Source: a virus (Duplodnaviria; Caudoviricetes). Taken from it: a DNA stretch of 39,433 nt. The stretch spans positions 1-39,433 of the IMG/VR virus record IMGVR_UViG_3300036982_000905; one strand, 5' to 3'. A model generated the notes under the pieces. The model ran no database searches. It was not told the DNA's origin and saw only the letters and a list, made by a program, of their open reading frames with translations. The number at the start of each line of letters is the position of its first letter. Within the stretch, counting starts at the first letter, position 1. The translations under genes were made by a program, and so were the position numbers. Shown here piece by piece: positions 27,950 through 35,515 of this stretch.

Positions 27950-28155
27950 TTAATTTTCCTCTCTATTAATGAAATAATTCGATGGATAATATATTTAAGT
28001 AAAAAATAAGCCGCAAATGGTAAAGTCAGAGGCCAAAAAAGGGAGAGAAACATAATCTGACCATCCTCTGCACCTGAATCAGTTGCTTTATCTACTATTA
28101 AAAATACTATTAACGAAGCAAAACAAAATGCTGAATAATTTAGAAAATAGTGCAT
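27946..28155 (-). CDS. Small two-TM membrane protein
   Basis: Hydrophobic; SLFWPLTLP; GAGG RBS. Confidence 0.7.
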   Translation of the reverse strand: MHYFLNYSAFCFASLIVFLIVDKATDSGAEDGQIMFLSLFWPLTLPFAAYFLLKYIIHRIISLIERKIK

Positions 28156-28263
28156 TTACTCAACCTCTCTATAGATATTAACTATCTCTAAAATTTTATC
28201 CAAACTAACCGGATAAAAATCCCAAACATCGACACCTACATTTATTTGCTTATCTTTGACTTT
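28156..28263 (-). pseudogene. C-terminal remnant of a calcineurin-like metallophosphoesterase
   Basis: KVKDKQINVGVDVWDFYPVSLDKILEIV...; preceded in frame by TAA at 28264-28266. Confidence 0.6.
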
Positions 28264-28316
28264 TTAATAAACTCCGATAAATATGAGAACAAATGTTAAG
28301 CTTAATATGTATTTAC

Positions 28317-28517
28317 TCATCTTTTTAACCTCTTAATTACAGTCGCAATATCATTTGGGTTAGCATACTTTGCGATAGCGTCTACTTTCCCAGTGAATTC
28401 TATAACGTGTATTTTTGCAGCTAAGTAACTAATTCCTAAACCAACTAAAGCGACTGTTAATAAAGTAAGTGATATAAACGTTAAAAATATAAATGCGTCT
28501 CTAGCGTCTTTGCTCAT
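28317..28517 (-). CDS. Small membrane protein
   Basis: 66 aa with one TM helix. Confidence 0.65.
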   Translation of the reverse strand: MSKDARDAFIFLTFISLTLLTVALVGLGISYLAAKIHVIEFTGKVDAIAKYANPNDIATVIKRLKR

Positions 28518-28722
28518 TTCTCTTCCCTTATTATCTCTTTAACAGACTCTCTTCCTGCCATAAATGCATAGGTTATGCATAGGTTATGCATAGGATAACC
28601 GCGTCTCGTTGATGAATATTATTTGTTAAGGCTACTTCAAAACTTGCAGTATCTCTAAGTTTACTAGCAAAAATTAAAAAATCTTTATCCTCTTCTATAA
28701 GTTCTCTAACTGGATTTTTCAT
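28514..28722 (-). pseudogene. Gene frameshifted by an 11-bp tandem duplication
   Basis: MKNPVRELIEEDKDF... stops at 28573; removing one ATGCATAGGTT unit gives a 65-aa ORF ending in an ATGA overlap with the next gene. Confidence 0.75.
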
Positions 28723-28912
28723 TTCTCTTCATTTTCCTAACTATTTTTTCTACAGGTTCGTATACTTGATAAGCAGAATTACAAACAGTTTTTACTGTCG
28801 CCCCTGTTGCTCCTCCGTATCTACTATCGTTTGATGTTGGTTGAATTGACGTAATCTTATCGAGTACGATAAAAATCGGGCCACCGTAAACGGTTAATTT
28901 TATTAGTTTCAC
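28706..28912 (-). CDS. FlbD-like small protein
   Basis: LIKLT...IFI..DKITSI......T.......Y.V.E.VEKIV pattern resembles the FlbD family. Confidence 0.45.
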   Translation of the reverse strand: MKLIKLTVYGGPIFIVLDKITSIQPTSNDSRYGGATGATVKTVCNSAYQVYEPVEKIVRKMKRNEKSS

Positions 28913-29409
28913 TTCTCTTCCTTCTCCATCTTATTTAACTTAGCTAATAAACCAACAAGACAAGCAGCAACATCCCCAATTTCTTCACGAGCTCGTTGAT
29001 AGTTTATATTTTTTCTATTCTGTACGAGACCAGAGACAGGAAGGTCCAGTTGCTCAAACAATTCATTCTCTAGTTCCTGTTTTTCCCCAGCTAATAAATC
29101 ACAAATTTGGTTAAAAGTTATATCTTCAAAATCTCCTTTCTTAACATTCTTTTCAAGATTAAGTTGTTTATTTGCAAGAATAGCTAGCTCTTGAGACTCT
29201 TCTGCGTACCGCTTATCATCCCAATAATACAGTTTAGAAAGCGCTTTCATCTGCACCTCAACCCAATCCGGTGTGTGATTAACAATATAATTAGCTTCCT
29301 GAGCTGTTTCTCTTTCTTCTAAAGCTTTCTGTGATTCTTCAGACCAGCCAGCTTTTACATTACATGCGGCTTTTATCGCAGCTAAAGATTCTTCTTTAGT
29401 TAATTTCAT
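28909..29409 (-). CDS. MazG-like (all-alpha NTP pyrophosphatase) domain protein
   Basis: LAGEKQELENEL ... REEIGDVA acidic motifs. Confidence 0.5.
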   Translation of the reverse strand: MKLTKEESLAAIKAACNVKAGWSEESQKALEERETAQEANYIVNHTPDWVEVQMKALSKLYYWDDKRYAEESQELAILANKQLNLEKNVKKGDFEDITFNQICDLLAGEKQELENELFEQLDLPVSGLVQNRKNINYQRAREEIGDVAACLVGLLAKLNKMEKEEK

Positions 29410-29410
29410 A

Positions 29411-29740
29411 CTAATAATCCCCTATAATAAGCACATCCTGGGGGTTTTCTTTTTCTTGTTCGAGTTTACTAAGATAAATATCAACTTGCCTTATTTCATG
29501 AACCCCTCTTGCTATTCTTAAACCAAGCACAAAACTTTTATACATAGGAGCAATAAAAGAATCACCGCGGCCAAAAGTAAACACTCCGGTTTTTATAATT
29601 TCTTGAATATAACTTTTAAAATCGCACGGATTTACCTCTTTTAGCCACGCGTCGTAATCTACGTTTATCGCAAGATATCTACTTACGTATTCCATCACTT
29701 CTTGCGTTATTCTCTCAAGTTCTAATTCTTCAATTGTCAT
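29411..29740 (-). CDS. Hypothetical protein
   Basis: 109 aa; GGAGG RBS. Confidence 0.7.
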   Translation of the reverse strand: MTIEELELERITQEVMEYVSRYLAINVDYDAWLKEVNPCDFKSYIQEIIKTGVFTFGRGDSFIAPMYKSFVLGLRIARGVHEIRQVDIYLSKLEQEKENPQDVLIIGDY

Positions 29741-29742
29741 AT

Positions 29743-30060
29743 TTACCTCCTTAAAAATCCTTGTGTTATAACTTGCTTTACTCGCTCTAATTCACTAAAA
29801 AAAGATTTGTCTAATTCAAGCCGCTTATTATCTGCATCCTCTAATGTCTTTTCTACAGATTCAAGCACATATTTTGAAAAATCTTTTTGACTTTCAATTA
29901 AACTGTTGTGCCTTTGTCGTAAATCTTCTACATACCCACACACTTCGTTATACATAAATTCAGCTTTTCTATCGTTTAATTCTATATTTGTGAGGGCTCT
30001 GTGTAATATAATCGCGTATAGAAAAAAGATAGCTAACAAAACAATTTCTAATAAGTTCAT
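29743..30060 (-). CDS. N-terminal TM plus coiled-coil protein
   Basis: Hydrophobic N-terminus; GGGAG RBS. Confidence 0.7.
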   Translation of the reverse strand: MNLLEIVLLAIFFLYAIILHRALTNIELNDRKAEFMYNEVCGYVEDLRQRHNSLIESQKDFSKYVLESVEKTLEDADNKRLELDKSFFSELERVKQVITQGFLRR

Positions 30061-30281
30061 ATATACTCCCTTTCTATTTTTTCAAAACGGTACGGATGGT
30101 AGCCATAGTGTGTAGGGTCGTCTTTAAGATAAATAAAGCCGTCTTCATTTACAGATCCAATTTCCCATCTCTGGCCTGTATTAATTATAAAATCTTTATC
30201 AGACACTATGACGACCACAGAGTCCCCCTCTTTTAACCCGCTTTCAATCGGCTTATAGAAGTTAGAGTAAGTTGTTTTCAT
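30057..30281 (-). CDS. Hypothetical protein, possible SH3-like fold
   Basis: LKEGDSVVV...RFE pattern; AGGAG RBS. Confidence 0.65.
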   Translation of the reverse strand: MKTTYSNFYKPIESGLKEGDSVVVIVSDKDFIINTGQRWEIGSVNEDGFIYLKDDPTHYGYHPYRFEKIEREYI

Positions 30282-30412
30282 CTATAGCTCCTTTTTTTAT
30301 TCTCTTTATTTAACTGTATTAACTTCCTGCGAAATCTCTCACGTCTGTTGTAGAATTTATAAACTACACTCAGAAGAATAACTATAAACAGAATCATTAA
30401 AAGTATTTTCAT
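30278..30412 (-). CDS. 44-aa TM peptide with basic tail (not in ORF track)
   Basis: MKILLMILFIVILLSVVYKFYNRRERFRRK...; ATGA overlaps on both sides. Confidence 0.65.
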   Translation of the reverse strand: MKILLMILFIVILLSVVYKFYNRRERFRRKLIQLNKENKKRSYR

Positions 30413-30600
30413 TTAGCTACATCCTCATTTTTGATAGTTAAAAAATTGACGATATCTTCCTCGCAGTCTTGTACTTCACGCCTAAAGTCTCCTTCACATT
30501 GAGATCTACTATCCATGCGGTGCATTCGGTTAGCGAGATATTTAAGATAAGTTAAACACTCTTCTAAAGTTCGGTTACTTTTTTCTAGATCGATTTTCAT
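30409..30600 (-). CDS. Hypothetical protein
   Basis: 63 aa, coupled overlaps, AAGGA RBS. Confidence 0.65.
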   Translation of the reverse strand: MKIDLEKSNRTLEECLTYLKYLANRMHRMDSRSQCEGDFRREVQDCEEDIVNFLTIKNEDVAK

Positions 30601-30890
30601 TTAGTTTTTCCTTTCTTAACTTCACTTAATTTATCCATACGTTTATTATTTATCTTTGCAGTCTCTAACTCAAACCCCAGCCAGGTATAGAAAATAATAT
30701 TTTTACTTATCCCCATCCCAAGGTTTACCTCTTTTTTATAGCTAGGGAGATTTAACGCATACAGCCGCTGATATATACGATGGTAACTGAGGTCAAATCT
30801 CTCGCACAACTCAGTGATACAATACTCACCAGCGGGCAGACTCACTAACCAATCAGGGATATTAATTTCTGACATACCTGTTTTTTTCAC
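30597..30890 (-). CDS. Putative HTH DNA-binding protein
   Basis: ITELCERFDLSYHRIYQRL; GTGA overlap suggests start 30890. Confidence 0.5.
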   Translation of the reverse strand: MKKTGMSEINIPDWLVSLPAGEYCITELCERFDLSYHRIYQRLYALNLPSYKKEVNLGMGISKNIIFYTWLGFELETAKINNKRMDKLSEVKKGKTK

Positions 30891-31063
30891 TTTAAACACC
30901 CACTTTCATTTAAATAACCTATAGTTTTTCGGTATGCGTCTCTTAGTGCTTTTTTATATACCGCTCGTTTTAGATTATTATCCTGGTCAAACTCACCGTC
31001 TAAGATAGTGTTCAAACTAAGTATGAAAATCTGTATCAAATTGCCGTATTCAGTTTTCTGCAT
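30887..31063 (-). CDS. 58-aa hypothetical protein (not in ORF track)
   Basis: MQKTEYGNLIQ...; GAGGA RBS; fills the gap with overlaps. Confidence 0.6.
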   Translation of the reverse strand: MQKTEYGNLIQIFILSLNTILDGEFDQDNNLKRAVYKKALRDAYRKTIGYLNESGCLK

Positions 31064-31224
31064 CAGTTTCCTCTCCTATACACTTCGTAATTACACGCAC
31101 CTAATTTAACAACTTTAAAACCGTTATCTAAAAATATATGAGCTGTTTTCTTATTAATCAAAACATCTAATTTATAGATACTTAGGTTATTCGCAAACAT
31201 CTTTAAAACATCTTTGTATTTCAT
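31063..31224 (-). CDS. 53-aa hypothetical protein (not in ORF track)
   Basis: MKYKDVLKMF...; TAATG and TGATG overlaps. Confidence 0.6.
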   Translation of the reverse strand: MKYKDVLKMFANNLSIYKLDVLINKKTAHIFLDNGFKVVKLGACNYEVYRRGN

Positions 31225-31697
31225 TAAAATATACCCCCTTCCATTCTAGCATGGCTGAAATTTACATCATTTAAATTTGCGTTAGTTAACTCGGTGGATA
31301 TCAATTTAGTGTAAGTTAAATTAGCTAGATTAAGATTCGCACTTAAAAATCTTGCGTTAGTTAGATTAGAGCCAGAAAGATTAGCCCCCTCTAAATCTGC
31401 ACCATTTAACCGAGCGTTAGTTAAATTAGCACTTAAAATATCCGCATCTCTTAGTATCGCTTTATAAAGACGTGCTCTCGTCAAATTAGCACGAGTTAAA
31501 TTTGCTCTTACGAGATTAGCGTAAGAAAGGTTAGCGTTACTAAGATTAGACCCCTCTAAACACGCTCTGCAAAGATTAGCATTTTTCAGACTTAACTCAC
31601 TTAAGTCTAAGTAAGATAAGTCTTGGCCGTATAAATCTACATGGTTGTTATTTTTCTTCGCTAATTCTATTAACAAAATTACATCTTCTCTAGTCAT
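31224..31697 (-). CDS. Pentapeptide repeat protein
   Basis: More than 20 A(N/D/R)Lxx repeats; start at ATG 31697 after GGGGA. Confidence 0.9.
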   Translation of the reverse strand: MTREDVILLIELAKKNNNHVDLYGQDLSYLDLSELSLKNANLCRACLEGSNLSNANLSYANLVRANLTRANLTRARLYKAILRDADILSANLTNARLNGADLEGANLSGSNLTNARFLSANLNLANLTYTKLISTELTNANLNDVNFSHARMEGGIF

Positions 31698-31855
31698 TTT
31701 ATTTCCCCTAAAAAATAATTTTGCATAATCCACTTTCCTGTTATATCGGAATAATAGTACATCCACCCATCTTTTGCTTTGACGCCTACTAAACCTAGAG
31801 GCTTGAAAAAGAAAAAATACTCCGGCTTCACTTCGGATAAATTAACTCCAATCAT
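31694..31855 (-). CDS. 53-aa aromatic-rich hypothetical protein (not in ORF track)
   Basis: MIGVNLSEVKPEYFFFF...; GAGGAG RBS; ATGA overlap. Confidence 0.6.
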   Translation of the reverse strand: MIGVNLSEVKPEYFFFFKPLGLVGVKAKDGWMYYYSDITGKWIMQNYFLGEIK

Positions 31856-32065
31856 TTAAAGCTCCTCTGTATATTCACTTAAAAACTCCTTAAATCTAAG
31901 ATTCTTTATTTCAAAATCTCTTGCTGCTTTGTCTTTATCTTCTCTCAGTTTATTTAAACAGAAATCTAAAGCTATTCTTTTATCATCAAAAACATATTCT
32001 GGTGAATGCACATCTATAGCTTCGGTTCCTGAAAGATCTTGTTTAACTCGGTATTGTATCTTCAT
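31856..32065 (-). CDS. Hypothetical protein
   Basis: 69-aa ORF in tightly packed operon. Confidence 0.65.
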   Translation of the reverse strand: MKIQYRVKQDLSGTEAIDVHSPEYVFDDKRIALDFCLNKLREDKDKAARDFEIKNLRFKEFLSEYTEEL

Positions 32066-32283
32066 TTAAAATTCTTTTCTTTATCTAGTTCTATTTTTGT
32101 TGGCATAGCTTCTATCCCTATTTCCTTTAATGCAGTTTTTATAAGACTCGCTGTATCAGAAGTAAGTCGATTATGAAAAGGAACTCCTTCTCTTTTCCCG
32201 ATTTGGTGATTTAACTCAATATAAGTTTGAGTTAAAAGTAATTTAACGATATTAAAACTTTCTTGAGACAATTCTACTCTCAT
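32062..32283 (-). CDS. Hypothetical protein
   Basis: 73 aa; AAGGAG RBS. Confidence 0.65.
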   Translation of the reverse strand: MRVELSQESFNIVKLLLTQTYIELNHQIGKREGVPFHNRLTSDTASLIKTALKEIGIEAMPTKIELDKEKNFK

Positions 32284-32285
32284 AA

Positions 32286-32468
32286 CTAAACTCCTTCTTG
32301 ATTTACATAATTTTCATATGCCTGATTAATATCTTGAGCAGAAATACGCTTATCAAAAACCCACATGTCGCTAACAAAAACCCACACCCTAAACACAGGG
32401 ATTTTGTTATACCTTAAGTTTTCTTTTATTAACCGAATTGTACCATTTTGGAAATATTGTGTTGTCAT
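32286..32468 (-). CDS. Hypothetical protein, first gene after the internal early promoter
   Basis: AAGGA RBS favours ATG 32468 (MTTQYFQ...). Confidence 0.6.
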   Translation of the reverse strand: MTTQYFQNGTIRLIKENLRYNKIPVFRVWVFVSDMWVFDKRISAQDINQAYENYVNQEGV

Positions 32469-32521
32469 GATGTTCGTCCTTATCATGTTATTTAATTGTA
32501 AGAACCATTCTTACTAAAATA

Positions 32522-32550
32522 AACATAACTTAAAAATTTTATTAAGTCAA
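32522..32550 (-). promoter_or_regulatory. Sigma70-type early promoter
   Basis: TTGACT-17-TATGTT; shares ATAAACTTGACTTAA with the promoter at 128-156. Confidence 0.7.
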
Positions 32551-32571
32551 GTTTATTTTGTGGCTTTTCTA

Positions 32572-35277
32572 CTAATGATATAAAATCGACACGTCAACTT
32601 TTTGGCTCATGCGTTTTGTGCGTATTTCAAGTAGATCTTCTACTGTTGGAACTTTCTTCCCAGTATCTTTCAGTTCAGCTCGCCGACGTGCTTCAGTGAC
32701 AAGAGCGTTTATCTTCTCTTTTTTCGGAGAAGTTGGCTTCTTAGCTGGAGCGGGTTTAGCTGTAGGTTTATCTGCCTTAATGACGGGTTCTGTAGGAGTA
32801 ACGTTAACGGGTTCCTCTTGTCGAACTGGCTCAGTAACAGGGGCCAAAATAACTGCTTGCTCGATTTTTGCGATTTCTTTTTTCTCAACTGGCGACTTCT
32901 TATAAATGGAGTATTCTTCAATTACATCATCAAATTTAGTTTCCTGAATATATCTCTCAGCGTATTTAGCTTCGATAAATATTGTTAGGCGCTCTTTTTT
33001 ACCACCGATACGTAGTTGTTTCCCCGTAAATAGTGGCACGTACCCAACTTTTTGCATGTTGTGCGCTACACTATTACGGTATTTAATTACAGCGTCTTGC
33101 ATGTTTGGGTAGAGGCTATCAATAAGAGACTTTTGATCAACAAACTCATTGTTTTTACCAAAAGATAAACCGTTTATACGCTCTTCTAAATCTTGCAAGG
33201 AATTATTTTTATTGACCCGTTGCATCAAAAGCTTAGCGTTTGTAATCGGTGCGTGGCCAAGCATCTTACGTTGGTCAATAGTTTTGTTTCTCTCAACTAA
33301 AAAATCAGCAAGCTCCGCAACATTATCTTTGTTTTTCTTCCATGCATAGAGAGCGTCGTAATACTCAGGGACTTGAACATCTTGATGCATATGCACGACT
33401 AAAATACGACGGTCTTTTTCAGCAATCTTTAAACAGTCCATCTGATTTGAGAGCAACATCATATTACAGTAGTTTGTCACAGTAGACGGGTTCTTATGCA
33501 TCTCACGATGTGCAACAAGCTCATTAGAGATAATCGGTTTTAGTTGGTCATAAAAGCCTTTATCAGCGGTTAATTCTTCTACAACTGCGAATTGTTTCGT
33601 GCTGTGCCAAGACGTATACTGATCATACGCAATCCGTGGAGTTGGCGCTGAGACGTTCTCACTCCCCATTAACTGGCGTAATAAATCTGTAAAAAAGCTA
33701 CGTCCTATACCCATATTTCTTGCGTAGATAAGCCAAGCGAAATTTGCAGGTGCAGGATTACAGTAAACGTAAGCTAGATAATCTAGAAAGAATTCTCCCA
33801 AGTCTTCACCAGTAATCGATGTCTGATCTTTAAAAAGCCACCTGATATGATTTATGAAGATCGTTAAGTCTCCATGCCTTTCTTTCTTGTGATTCGGCGC
33901 AAACCAAGTGTTAAGAATTTGACTGCCATCAAAATACATCCTTGGGCCGTGAGGCTGATAGCCAGTCATGCTCGTGATATTGAAAAAGTGCCTTGTTTCG
34001 TAAGCTAAAAATAAGTTTGTAGCGTTGCCCTTGACAGGTTTTCCCTTCTTGTTTCTCATTATGACGTTACGTTGAAACGTTTTATCAAAAATAGTTTTAC
34101 TTATTTTTGATAAACGGTTACCTGGGTCTTGTCTGTAAAAAACATCCTCACTTTCAACAAAATAATAGTTTCTCATTTCAGTGTAATAGACTTCGTTTAA
34201 AAGCGGGTATTTTTCAAAAAGCTCGTCAAAAGTTACTTTATTTATAACGTCGATTTGCTTTTCTAAGTCTCTTTGCTCTTCTTTCTGAGCTAATTTCTTT
34301 TGATTTTTAGCATACTTTTTAGCAGCAAGCTCCATCTCTTCAAAAGTTCCATCGTCGCAGCCGCTTATCTTAATTGGGTCAATATTTTGTCTAACAAGGT
34401 ACTCTCTAAATTTAGTGAGAAGAATTCCACGGTCTTGCAAATAACAAGCAAATTTAAACAATGCATTGCGTAGCCCTTCACCAGCTGACATGTTTTTATA
34501 GTCTTCAAATGAGTGGTTTTCTTTTGAAAAGAAACCGTAAAAAGCAGCTTCTTCAACTGGGTAAATTCTACCTTCCTCTTCAGTATCATCAAAAAAATCA
34601 GATATGCTTCTTGGTTGTGTTAGCGCTTTGTTAGCGCTCTTAATAAAGCCCCGTTCATGAATAGTCTTTTCAGGGTCTCCAACCATGAATTTTTCTAAAG
34701 TTTCTTTTGACATCTTCTGAGAGTGACTAGAAACTACTTGATAATGTAGTCCTGATTCAATATTTCCTTTTTTATCCTTGGACTTATCACCTCGCCGCAC
34801 GCCTGCCATACGAGCCAAACGGTTTGGATTTTTAATACTGCCGTCGCTTTTGTACCTATCCGAAAGCGCGCCTTGGTATTTTCTAAATTCCTTCTCAGAA
34901 ATAGGCTCCTCTAGAAAGTAAAACCACTGATAAGCACGACCGTCAGAGCGACGAATAACTAAGTTAGGAACCTGGGTGTCTTCAAAATTTGGAATCTCTG
35001 AGGTCTCATCTAAGTCAACGAATAGAGTTGTAATTGCTTTGACACAACCTTCTTTACCATACTGCTCACAGACTTGAGGGACAAAGTAAAGGTTTTCATC
35101 TTCACTTAAAACAGCGCAAGAGCCATCAAACCTTAAATCTAAATCAAGTGGTCTATTGTAATTAGGACTCTTTCCTTTTTTACTACCAACGATAAACCCA
35201 GCGAGATAATCTTGACCAAGGTGCTCACAAAAAAGCTTGACTTGTAGTTGACAGTCCTGTAAATTTTCTAGCATCAT
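32572..35277 (-). CDS. Primase-helicase (RepB-like primase plus DUF5906/SF3-like NTPase)
   Basis: LFVDLD, YQWFY, D.SIKNPNRLARMAG; RNALFKFA; GIGRS, VVEEL, LSN, DRR. Confidence 0.85.
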   Translation of the reverse strand: MMLENLQDCQLQVKLFCEHLGQDYLAGFIVGSKKGKSPNYNRPLDLDLRFDGSCAVLSEDENLYFVPQVCEQYGKEGCVKAITTLFVDLDETSEIPNFEDTQVPNLVIRRSDGRAYQWFYFLEEPISEKEFRKYQGALSDRYKSDGSIKNPNRLARMAGVRRGDKSKDKKGNIESGLHYQVVSSHSQKMSKETLEKFMVGDPEKTIHERGFIKSANKALTQPRSISDFFDDTEEEGRIYPVEEAAFYGFFSKENHSFEDYKNMSAGEGLRNALFKFACYLQDRGILLTKFREYLVRQNIDPIKISGCDDGTFEEMELAAKKYAKNQKKLAQKEEQRDLEKQIDVINKVTFDELFEKYPLLNEVYYTEMRNYYFVESEDVFYRQDPGNRLSKISKTIFDKTFQRNVIMRNKKGKPVKGNATNLFLAYETRHFFNITSMTGYQPHGPRMYFDGSQILNTWFAPNHKKERHGDLTIFINHIRWLFKDQTSITGEDLGEFFLDYLAYVYCNPAPANFAWLIYARNMGIGRSFFTDLLRQLMGSENVSAPTPRIAYDQYTSWHSTKQFAVVEELTADKGFYDQLKPIISNELVAHREMHKNPSTVTNYCNMMLLSNQMDCLKIAEKDRRILVVHMHQDVQVPEYYDALYAWKKNKDNVAELADFLVERNKTIDQRKMLGHAPITNAKLLMQRVNKNNSLQDLEERINGLSFGKNNEFVDQKSLIDSLYPNMQDAVIKYRNSVAHNMQKVGYVPLFTGKQLRIGGKKERLTIFIEAKYAERYIQETKFDDVIEEYSIYKKSPVEKKEIAKIEQAVILAPVTEPVRQEEPVNVTPTEPVIKADKPTAKPAPAKKPTSPKKEKINALVTEARRRAELKDTGKKVPTVEDLLEIRTKRMSQKVDVSILYH

Positions 35278-35295
35278 GAGTTCGTCCTTGTGTTT

Positions 35296-35318
35296 AAGCG
35301 CCTTTCGAGGCGCTTTTT
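35296..35318. terminator. Stable hairpin (UUCG loop on + strand) between genes
   Basis: AAGCGCCT-TTCG-AGGCGCTT then TTT; the U tract is on the + (antisense) side only. Confidence 0.55.
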
Positions 35319-35511
35319 ATTTGTCTTCTACTTTTTGTGCTGCGATTTCTTTTTCTAAAACTTTAATTATAAGAGCGAGGTTCTCTTCTCGTAGTTCTTT
35401 TCTAATATCCTCGTCGAGTCTTTCTAATTCATAACTAATGCCCCTTCTCAAGAGTAAGTTATGTTCAACAGCTTCAAATATTTTCTTTGCGGTTAGCTCT
35501 AACTCTTTCAT
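35317..35511 (-). CDS. Hypothetical helical protein
   Basis: 64 aa between polymerase and primase. Confidence 0.65.
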   Translation of the reverse strand: MKELELTAKKIFEAVEHNLLLRRGISYELERLDEDIRKELREENLALIIKVLEKEIAAQKVEDK

Positions 35512-35515
35512 ATTT

